Notes under the pieces: model-generated | The model's database searches: none | The model's input: the letters and a program-made list of their open reading frames with translations, nothing else | What the model was told of the DNA's origin: nothing | Made by a program: the position numbers and the translations under genes | Origin: a virus | Lineage: Duplodnaviria; Caudoviricetes | Length of the DNA stretch: 33,981 nt | Virus record (IMG/VR): IMGVR_UViG_3300021085_000113 | Coordinates: 1 to 33,981 of that record | Strand: one strand, 5' to 3' | Shown here: piece by piece, positions 23,978 through 31,962 of the stretch | Position numbering within the stretch: the stretch's first letter is position 1 | How the letters are laid out: each line of letters opens with the position of its first letter

Positions 23978-26551
23978 ATGGCTACCAAGACTACACTAAA
24001 GAGTTACTTCGAGACTGGGGACTCTCCAACACAGGCACAATTTTCTATATTAATAGATTCCCTATTGGGGATAGATGAGGAAGTCGCAGATAACTTAACT
24101 ACCGACTCAGGTGTACAAGCACTTGCGGCTCGTCAGGGTGTTGCCTTGAAGGCAGTAGTTGATGCACTTGGAATAAGGGTTGGGTCTATTGAGGAATTAA
24201 ATTCCACAACACTTAATGACTATTTACTTAAAGCTGACTTAGGGGGTTACCTGGTCGGGAAGTCAGACACAAACCATACTCACTTGGCGTCTAGTATTAC
24301 TGACCTTCTTGATTTAGTTTACACAAAGGCACAGGTTCAAGACCTAGTTGATAATCACGCATCAAGTGCTCATACTCATCAAATATCTGAGGTTACTGGA
24401 CTTCAGACTGCATTGGATAATGCAAATGATTCAAGTTTAGTAGCTCAAGCAAAGTCAGAATTAGAAACTTCAATTTCAGGAAAAGCAGACTTATCTCACG
24501 GGCATACTGAGTCTGAAATTTCTGACCTCAAGAATTACATAGAATCTGCAACTGCAAATTTATTATTGCAGGGTAAGTCTGATATTGGGCATACGCATAG
24601 TGAATCTAGTATTTCTGACCTAGACAAGTATTCAAAAGCGGAAGTCGATTCTCTTTTCGCCGGAGTGGTTAGTGATGGAAGCGTTCCTGCTCACACTCAC
24701 ACGGAGGCTAATATTTCCGACCTAGATAAATACTCGAAAGCGGAGGCGGACCAAAAGATAGAGGATGGTAAAACCACTATGTTGGTTGGTCACTTAGCAG
24801 AATCTAATCCACATAGCATTACGAAAGCGGATGTAGGATTAGGAAATGTAGAAAACCTCTCAAGGGTAAGTTTATTTACCGACCCAACTTTATCAGGTAA
24901 TATTAATTTATCAGGCGTAATTACTGGCTTAACTAAAAATAGCGTAAGTCTTGGAAATGTTCCAAATGTTGATGCACAGGCATTACTACAAGCTCACTTG
25001 AATGATGAAGATAATCCCCATAAGGTGGCATTGTCAGACTTTGATACATATTCAAGAGCACAAACTGATAGTCAGATTCAAACACTTATCGAAATCTACA
25101 GAACGGTACACACAGGAACACTCCCAGAGGAAGGAACAGGTAGTACAGGATTAGTTACACAGCGAGATTTATGGGATAGGGTTAAGGATATTACCTATGA
25201 TGTAAATTCCGACACTACTTCTATTAATGGAAATTTTGTAGTTACCGGGGATGTGTCACTTGGTGGCGTGGCGGATATGCCTAGGGCAAAGATTGGGGAT
25301 GTTAGTATATCGGGCGGTGCAATCTCGAGCCTTTCTCAACTTCGTCTATTCTCAGAAAACTCTAATGTATTAATAGATGATAATGTTAATATAAATGGTA
25401 AGCTAGAAGTAGTTAGCTTATTTTCCGCCCCACAAGTTTCTATTGGTAATGGAGGAGCAAAAATCCTTGGGGGCGTATCAATAGGTGGTAGCTTAAATGT
25501 GGGGGGAGCATCAAATTTCTATGATAATATAACTCTAGGAAATTCAACTGATACTAATCCACCAGACCTAGTCGTGTGGGGTGACCTAACTGTTCATGGA
25601 GATAATACTATTCTTAATACATCACAACTTGATGTTGAGGATAATATAATAAAGCTTAATAAAAATGTAACAGGCACACCATCCTTGGATGCAGGGATTG
25701 AAGTTGAGCGTGGAACCGCAACAAATTCTCAGTTATTTTGGGATGAGAGTGATGATACATGGAAGTTGAATATTGGTGGCACGATAAAAACAATTGCATT
25801 TAATGAAGACCTTACATCTCATACTAGTGATACAGGTAATCCACACTCGGTAACTAAAGCACAAGTTGGACTAGGTAGTGTTGAGAACACGGCTCTATCG
25901 ACATGGGCAGGAAGTGGAGAAATTACCAAGCTTGGGACAATAGTAAGTGGAACTGTTCCTGCTGCTAATACATCAGGATTTCATGCGGTTGCGACATCAG
26001 GTAACTACACTGACATATCGGGTACACCCACTACTGCATCCTTGCTTGCTAATATAACTGCTGTGGAAGGAGTGCCATCTTCAAACGCATCATACAATGC
26101 TTCAACATTAAAATTTAGCATTCCTAGAGGTAGTCAAATAACAAATGTAACCGCAAGTACAGTAACTCCTGCAACAAGTGCATCTGCAACTGATACCAAA
26201 GATTCAAATGGTGATGTCTCAATTTCATTAAATATCCCTAGAGGAACTAAGATTTCAGGTGTAACTGCTAATGGATTAGGGGCGGGGGCAACCCCAACCG
26301 TACAACTCGGGAATGGTACAAATGGCGACCAAACTATTGCTTTTGGTATACCCCAAGGACTCAAAGGAGATGCTTTCGTTTATAATGACTTTACCACCGC
26401 TCAACTTAATGGACTCAAAGTCAAAGGAGATGCTTTCGTTTATAGCGACTTTACCACTGCTCAACTTAATGGACTCAAAGGAGCAGATGGAACCACCCCC
26501 ACCTTTGCATACGATGAAGACACTAAGACTTTAGCAATTACAAATCCATGA
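23978..26551 (+). CDS. Long tail fibre protein
   Basis: LKSYFETGDSPTQAQFS.LIDS N-terminus, HxH repeats, NPHSVTKAQVGLG repeats, VEDNII.LN...AGIEVERG module, IPRG/KGD collagen-like end. Confidence 0.8.
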   Translation: MATKTTLKSYFETGDSPTQAQFSILIDSLLGIDEEVADNLTTDSGVQALAARQGVALKAVVDALGIRVGSIEELNSTTLNDYLLKADLGGYLVGKSDTNHTHLASSITDLLDLVYTKAQVQDLVDNHASSAHTHQISEVTGLQTALDNANDSSLVAQAKSELETSISGKADLSHGHTESEISDLKNYIESATANLLLQGKSDIGHTHSESSISDLDKYSKAEVDSLFAGVVSDGSVPAHTHTEANISDLDKYSKAEADQKIEDGKTTMLVGHLAESNPHSITKADVGLGNVENLSRVSLFTDPTLSGNINLSGVITGLTKNSVSLGNVPNVDAQALLQAHLNDEDNPHKVALSDFDTYSRAQTDSQIQTLIEIYRTVHTGTLPEEGTGSTGLVTQRDLWDRVKDITYDVNSDTTSINGNFVVTGDVSLGGVADMPRAKIGDVSISGGAISSLSQLRLFSENSNVLIDDNVNINGKLEVVSLFSAPQVSIGNGGAKILGGVSIGGSLNVGGASNFYDNITLGNSTDTNPPDLVVWGDLTVHGDNTILNTSQLDVEDNIIKLNKNVTGTPSLDAGIEVERGTATNSQLFWDESDDTWKLNIGGTIKTIAFNEDLTSHTSDTGNPHSVTKAQVGLGSVENTALSTWAGSGEITKLGTIVSGTVPAANTSGFHAVATSGNYTDISGTPTTASLLANITAVEGVPSSNASYNASTLKFSIPRGSQITNVTASTVTPATSASATDTKDSNGDVSISLNIPRGTKISGVTANGLGAGATPTVQLGNGTNGDQTIAFGIPQGLKGDAFVYNDFTTAQLNGLKVKGDAFVYSDFTTAQLNGLKGADGTTPTFAYDEDTKTLAITNP
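26361..26480 (+). repeat. 60-nt tandem duplication (KGDAFVYxDFTTAQLNGLK x2)
   Basis: 26361-26420 and 26421-26480 differ at 3 positions. Confidence 0.9.
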
Positions 26552-27498
26552 GCTATAACTTGGGTAATACAGATGCCATCACCTATGATGGTCAAGATGT
26601 TGATAAGTTGACCCTTAATGGCACTACGATATGGGAAAAAGCATCGGCATATCGAAGTAACCCAAATGTAAATCCATCAGTGGGTGACCACGGGATTCTA
26701 GATGGTCAAATAATACGAATCACCAACCCCGACGGGATTCCATATTACCCTTATTCGGCGGGAGCTTCTTCCTCTACAACTTCCGTTGATGTATTGCTAT
26801 TGAGTAAGGCAAGAACGAGCACCGGGCGAATGCATTGGGACCAAAATTTCGGAATGAATGGAGGTATTGCAGCCCATCAAATTGTATTCCCGAACATATT
26901 TTCTCCTTGGTTGATATCGGCATTGTATGGTGAGTACCGAAATGAAGTGTTTTACCCTCAGGCAAACAATATAGGAATTATGGGCTTAGGTCGTTGGTGG
27001 TATCCGGCGGGGGTGGATGAGGTAACATCAGGTAGCGATGCACTAAATACGGAGTCTATTTCAATTGATTTAGGAAATCAGGTATTCATGGGTAATACTC
27101 TTAATTATACGGATACCAGTGGGAACGGTATCGCTGATACTTTTTATGTCCATAATCTTGTTTGGAGTGGAGGGAATCAAGCCCCATTGGAGAATCCTGG
27201 CAATATGTCATTAGAAAACAAAACCTTTTTCACTAATATACCTCACACTGCGAATACCCTTGAGCAATCAGCAAGTAATTATTCATTAGAATTTATAAAA
27301 ACATCTCCAGCACTTCCGCCCATCAGTGCGTCGCCTCCAAGCAGTCAACACACCGCATTGGACTATGCTAACGCGCCGTGGGGGTGGCAAGAGTCAGGTG
27401 GTTTTTTAATACCAAAATCATATATATATGAAATCGCAAGTGCTCCATCAGATGCCTATAGGCAACATCCATTACCTTATTTTGTTTCCGTATCGTAA
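26548..27498 (+). CDS. Putative receptor-binding/fibre tip protein
   Basis: N-terminal ITYDGQDVDKLTLNGTTIWEK peptide of the kind seen on phage adhesins; aromatic-rich body. Confidence 0.5.
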   Translation: MSYNLGNTDAITYDGQDVDKLTLNGTTIWEKASAYRSNPNVNPSVGDHGILDGQIIRITNPDGIPYYPYSAGASSSTTSVDVLLLSKARTSTGRMHWDQNFGMNGGIAAHQIVFPNIFSPWLISALYGEYRNEVFYPQANNIGIMGLGRWWYPAGVDEVTSGSDALNTESISIDLGNQVFMGNTLNYTDTSGNGIADTFYVHNLVWSGGNQAPLENPGNMSLENKTFFTNIPHTANTLEQSASNYSLEFIKTSPALPPISASPPSSQHTALDYANAPWGWQESGGFLIPKSYIYEIASAPSDAYRQHPLPYFVSVS

Positions 27499-27501
27499 GC
27501 T

Positions 27502-29823
27502 ATGCCTAGTAAAACAAAAAAGTTCGTAAATAAAACCATCAAGCCCATGATGGGGGGTGCCTTGTTGCAAAACTTAGCAGGCGAAAGTGCGAGTGGAGAA
27601 CACTATACAAAGAAGTTAAATTTTCGCAGACATCAAGAAGGGGAGGCAAGAAGAGAAGGGTGGGAGATATTTAAACCATCAGGTAAATTCCTTGAGGGGT
27701 TTCCCCAAGTTGCTACCAATTCTCCCTCCACCGATCCGATCCGCTTAATTTGCCAATTCCGTTCAACTAATAATATATCCTGCCTAGTGGTAGCCGCAGG
27801 AGATAAGCTTTATCGTTATAAATATGTAAATAATCCTGAGTATATAAATAAGAATACATCTTCAGGATGGGCTCCAGGTACTTACTTTGTGGATGGATAC
27901 ATAGAGGAACCTCCGGCAGACTTTAAATGGGACATTATAGCTGAAGGATTATGTTCGGTTGATGACACAGTAGGAGATTACTTTGCAAATGAGGTTAATG
28001 CATGGGAGGCAACTGTTGTAAATGGAGTGCTTTATTTAAATAATGGAAAAGACTTACCACTAGCATTTCGCGAGGATTGGGATAACGCAATTCCACTCTT
28101 AGAATTACGAGAGTCTCCTGCATACCGGATGGCTGCAGTAGGTACAATTAGTGAGTTTAATGGATTCCTCATGCTGGGTGATATTACACAAATCAAAGCA
28201 AGGGATTGGGTTGACTGGATGAAAGGGGACGACCCTTACGGAAAGGTTCTTGATAGTCCGACATACTTAAATGGCGAAACCGAAACAATTAGGAGTCCTT
28301 ATTCATTAGTCTGGAGTTATGAAGGTGATGGATTGCGATATGGTACGGCTCTGTATGGAACAATGGCGGAGGGTACAAATCAATTTATTTCCAAGTATCC
28401 ATTGCGAACAGATACTGACGGGGATTACCAGACCAACCTCGAGCATCCTGCAATTACATTTAGCCCAAGGGAGGGGACGGAGGTTGTTATTGTTGGTGCT
28501 GGAGAGGCAATAACCACACTTGAGAATGGAGTTGAATTTAATAGTGCATTTTCTACCACTCCAATTGTTAAAGGTTCGGTTACGAGAGACTCAAGGATAC
28601 ACATTGGATCAGTCATTGATAATGGTGACGGAACGCAGACTTATTCAATTGTGGACGAGGAAGGGAATAACGCAAATGCTCCTGGTAGTATAACTGATGA
28701 GGAACTTTCCGAACCCATTAATAATTCCACCACAGGATATATGATTCGGTTGGATTCGGTTGGTAAACTTACCTCGGTTGCGGATTTAGTTGATGACGGA
28801 AGTCGAATAATTAAAATGAAAACCCTTGTAGATCGACTTATGATTTACAGGGACACGGGTTACATGACTGCAATTAAGGTCAATACTGCTGAAGTTTTTC
28901 AATTTGAAAGAAGATATACAGGCCCACGAGTAGTCGACTTTAGGAATACATTAATTGATGTTGCGGGTAGATACCATATTTTCATGGGTTATACTGGAGT
29001 TTATCAAACCGACCGTGCTGCATCTCAACCAAAGTTACTTCAGTCGATGGACAAAGGCACTAGGTTTTGGGAAGGTCTAAGTGCTGATCAATCTGAGCGT
29101 GTATTCACAGTAGATAATGGGGAGACAAAGGAGATTTTCTTCTGCTCGCCCGAAGGAACATATGCATTCGATTATGAAAATAATACGGTTTCTGAAATAG
29201 ACCAAGTATTTACAGCGGGGGCTCAGATTACACGACCAGCCACTACAAAGAGAATAGAATATCGATGGGTTGTATTTTCGGTGTCAGATAAGGAAAAGAA
29301 CATTAATCAATTTGCAGGAACATCGGAGGATATATTCCACTTCTTGGTAAGGTACGGAAGGGGACCGGATAATTATGCGATATATAATAGATATGGAAAT
29401 GACTACAGGTCAGTTCTCCAAAGTGGATTAATAGATTTTACTGATCAATTTAATGACAAAGATGTTAGGTCATATGCATTGCATGTAGCAGAGAATACGC
29501 TCTATGGGCTTCCATCATCCGCTAATGTAAAAGTAAGAATTGCGACACTACCATCCGCTCAAGCGGCTAATAATGATATAACTGAAGTGGAACTAAATGA
29601 GGACGGGGAGTATGAATTTGCCTCAGGTGAGAGAGTTGAGGCGGAACACTTAATGGATAATACTACATCTGAAAATATGCTACCATTATACTTACGTGGT
29701 CCATACTTTAGGGATGCGATTATTATAGAAGGTAAAGATAATCCAATAAAACTAATTGGTCGTACATTTGAAGTTAGTGGAGTTAGTTCAAAACTCTCAC
29801 AATCAGCACCTAATCAAGGATGA
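27502..29823 (+). CDS. Tail nozzle/stabilisation protein (P22 gp10/T7 gp12-like, putative)
   Basis: 773 aa, beta-propeller-like repeats (LYLNNG, F.GFLMLG, LVWS, AFDY), position. Confidence 0.55.
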   Translation: MPSKTKKFVNKTIKPMMGGALLQNLAGESASGEHYTKKLNFRRHQEGEARREGWEIFKPSGKFLEGFPQVATNSPSTDPIRLICQFRSTNNISCLVVAAGDKLYRYKYVNNPEYINKNTSSGWAPGTYFVDGYIEEPPADFKWDIIAEGLCSVDDTVGDYFANEVNAWEATVVNGVLYLNNGKDLPLAFREDWDNAIPLLELRESPAYRMAAVGTISEFNGFLMLGDITQIKARDWVDWMKGDDPYGKVLDSPTYLNGETETIRSPYSLVWSYEGDGLRYGTALYGTMAEGTNQFISKYPLRTDTDGDYQTNLEHPAITFSPREGTEVVIVGAGEAITTLENGVEFNSAFSTTPIVKGSVTRDSRIHIGSVIDNGDGTQTYSIVDEEGNNANAPGSITDEELSEPINNSTTGYMIRLDSVGKLTSVADLVDDGSRIIKMKTLVDRLMIYRDTGYMTAIKVNTAEVFQFERRYTGPRVVDFRNTLIDVAGRYHIFMGYTGVYQTDRAASQPKLLQSMDKGTRFWEGLSADQSERVFTVDNGETKEIFFCSPEGTYAFDYENNTVSEIDQVFTAGAQITRPATTKRIEYRWVVFSVSDKEKNINQFAGTSEDIFHFLVRYGRGPDNYAIYNRYGNDYRSVLQSGLIDFTDQFNDKDVRSYALHVAENTLYGLPSSANVKVRIATLPSAQAANNDITEVELNEDGEYEFASGERVEAEHLMDNTTSENMLPLYLRGPYFRDAIIIEGKDNPIKLIGRTFEVSGVSSKLSQSAPNQG

Positions 29824-30812
29824 TTGGAAATCAAAAGCATAAGGTAGGTACTGATCCAAAGTTTACTGGGCCAGATGAAATTCCGTTGCTCCCTAAGTTT
29901 TTATCGGATCAGAATCCTGACCAAGCAAGTCATTATCATTTATTACTTAAGGAGTGGTGGGAATCGGTGTATGAAAACTTGAATCGTATTCGAGACATGG
30001 TGGTAAATTTCCAAGTTGCGGATCTAAAGGAAGGAACGGAGGGGAATTTAGTAAGTGCTAAAAATGAACTTTCTCAATTAGCAAATGATTTGGTTAGGAG
30101 TCTTGATGGTGAAATAAATGAAGCTATACAAAACCTAGAGGGTACATTAACAAAAAATATCACTGACCATATAAATTCAACCAATAACCCTCATAGTGTA
30201 ACTGCTGATCAATTAAATATTAGTACAGTTGGGAAGACTGGTGATTATGGTGATTTAAGTAATATACCAAATGAATTTAATCCATCCTCACATAACCATA
30301 ACATATCAGATATTACTGATTTATCTACAACCTTAGAAGGAAAAGCGGGTACGGGGGATGTGTTTAGTGGTGATTACGGGGATTTAAGTAATAAGCCCAC
30401 CATACCTACAGTTCCTGGTGTAGCTACTACAACTGCGAATGGACTGATGTCCTCGGGTGACAAGAGTAAGCTGGATGGAATGAGTTCGGGGGGGAGGATT
30501 GTTTATGCAGATAATATTACTTGGGGTGGCCTAGGGTTTACTAATACAATATTCTCGAACGGTACTGGCTACGAAGTACCTGCGGGGGTAACAAAAGTCG
30601 TCTTCATGGATGGGACAGCTGTAACAAAAAGGACAACAGCATACCCAACCTACCCCGGCCCCGGCCGGCACTGGGGGTTACCTCTGCCGGCTGATCAAGG
30701 GGGTGATGGTCGAAGTCCCCCATTTGATAATAAAATTCACATCATCTCGGAAAGATTGAATGGACAGAATGTCAACTCCGGTGCCGCCCCACAAGTCTTA
30801 CTTCTTCTCTAG
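29820..30812 (+). CDS. Second fibre protein
   Basis: Coiled coil, NPHSVT, GDYGDLSN.P x2, HNHNISDITDL, ATTTANGLMSSGDKSKLDG motifs. Confidence 0.7.
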   Translation: MIGNQKHKVGTDPKFTGPDEIPLLPKFLSDQNPDQASHYHLLLKEWWESVYENLNRIRDMVVNFQVADLKEGTEGNLVSAKNELSQLANDLVRSLDGEINEAIQNLEGTLTKNITDHINSTNNPHSVTADQLNISTVGKTGDYGDLSNIPNEFNPSSHNHNISDITDLSTTLEGKAGTGDVFSGDYGDLSNKPTIPTVPGVATTTANGLMSSGDKSKLDGMSSGGRIVYADNITWGGLGFTNTIFSNGTGYEVPAGVTKVVFMDGTAVTKRTTAYPTYPGPGRHWGLPLPADQGGDGRSPPFDNKIHIISERLNGQNVNSGAAPQVLLLL

Positions 30813-30863
30813 AAACCCTAACCCAACTAACATGCCAAAGATATCATTAGTGTACGCAAATGG

Positions 30864-30921
30864 AATGACCCAAGTCATTAGTTGACATAAATTAAATAAG
30901 TGAACATATTATATTAGGTCA
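30864..30921 (+). promoter_or_regulatory. Promoter/operator region
   Basis: TTGACA at 30882, TATTAT at 30907, ATTAGGTCA at 30913-30921 running into the ATG; small inverted repeat AATGAC/GTCATT. Confidence 0.55.
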
Positions 30922-31661
30922 TGTTTACTGTTAACGCATTAGGGGAATCTAGTTTTGATGAGTCTGACATTTTTTCGTCTCGGGCAAAGAAGCAGGGCGC
31001 TCCATCAAGTGTTTACGATTATGCTGCAACTCGTGTATCTTTAGCCAACTTAAAGAATGAAGTCTTTTCCACTCTGTCAAACCTAGCCCAGTCACCAGGT
31101 AGTTTCGTTCATGATGGTTCAGTTTTCAAGCAAGAGATTGATACGATAAAGCATGCCCTCGAGGAGGCGTATGTCCGTACAGATTTGGTTGAAAATGGAT
31201 TTGATAATTTCTCTGCAGGGCTTGATGGGGTGTATGGAACACCTAGTCAATCTTTAGTCGCGAAGTATAATATACATATCGCAAGTCGCTCCGGTGGTGT
31301 TGCATCCGTTCAGTCTGCAGGCAGAGGGGACGCGCAAGTAAATGATGATGTGCTAATTGTCGCACCCTTTACTTCCGGAGGAAGAAACTTCATAATAGGT
31401 GAATCACTTACACTTACCTCAGAAAGAAAGGCAACAGAGAATGGAGTGGAGTATGAATTGGAAGCAGACAAATTTAAGAAAAAAATACCAACAACTTCAG
31501 ATAATGTATATGAAGAAGGAACGCATTTAATAATAAAAGCGACTCCATTATCTGGTCACAAATTTCTTAAATGGGAGCAGGGGGGAGAGACTGATGATGT
31601 AATTACAGTCATTCCAACGGATAATTTTTATACAGAGGCAACATTTACAAAAGATGACTGA
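30921..31661 (+). CDS. Protein with a C-terminal InlB B-repeat-like domain
   Basis: YEEGT.L.IKATP.SGHKFLKW...ATF pattern. Confidence 0.55.
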   Translation: MFTVNALGESSFDESDIFSSRAKKQGAPSSVYDYAATRVSLANLKNEVFSTLSNLAQSPGSFVHDGSVFKQEIDTIKHALEEAYVRTDLVENGFDNFSAGLDGVYGTPSQSLVAKYNIHIASRSGGVASVQSAGRGDAQVNDDVLIVAPFTSGGRNFIIGESLTLTSERKATENGVEYELEADKFKKKIPTTSDNVYEEGTHLIIKATPLSGHKFLKWEQGGETDDVITVIPTDNFYTEATFTKDD

Positions 31662-31962
31662 TGTAAATTCCATACTTTATAAGATTGGGCAGGCAGTAAA
31701 AATTGCTGGGCAATCAGGTGGTGGCGGACCCACCTTAACTGATGACTATTCTGAGCCTACCTTTACGGATGGTGCGTTAACATCACTTACCACATGGACG
31801 AGTAATGGTGGTACTAAGGTTTCATCTAAAACATTTACATATACAAGTGGTAATCTAACTAGCGTAGTAGAAAAAGACGGCTCCGATGTTACTACTCTTA
31901 CAAAAACTTTAACATACGATTCAAGTGGAAACTTAGAGTCTGTTACCAAGGATTACGCATGA
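31654..31962 (+). CDS. Small YD-like beta-hairpin virion protein
   Basis: KTFTYTSGNLTSV and KTLTYDSSGNLESV repeats. Confidence 0.6.
   Translation: MTDVNSILYKIGQAVKIAGQSGGGGPTLTDDYSEPTFTDGALTSLTTWTSNGGTKVSSKTFTYTSGNLTSVVEKDGSDVTTLTKTLTYDSSGNLESVTKDYA

Noticed and set aside
26361-26480. Diversity-generating retroelement TR/VR pair
   Set aside because: Adjacent in-frame duplication; two of the three differences are not at adenines; no reverse transcriptase in the window
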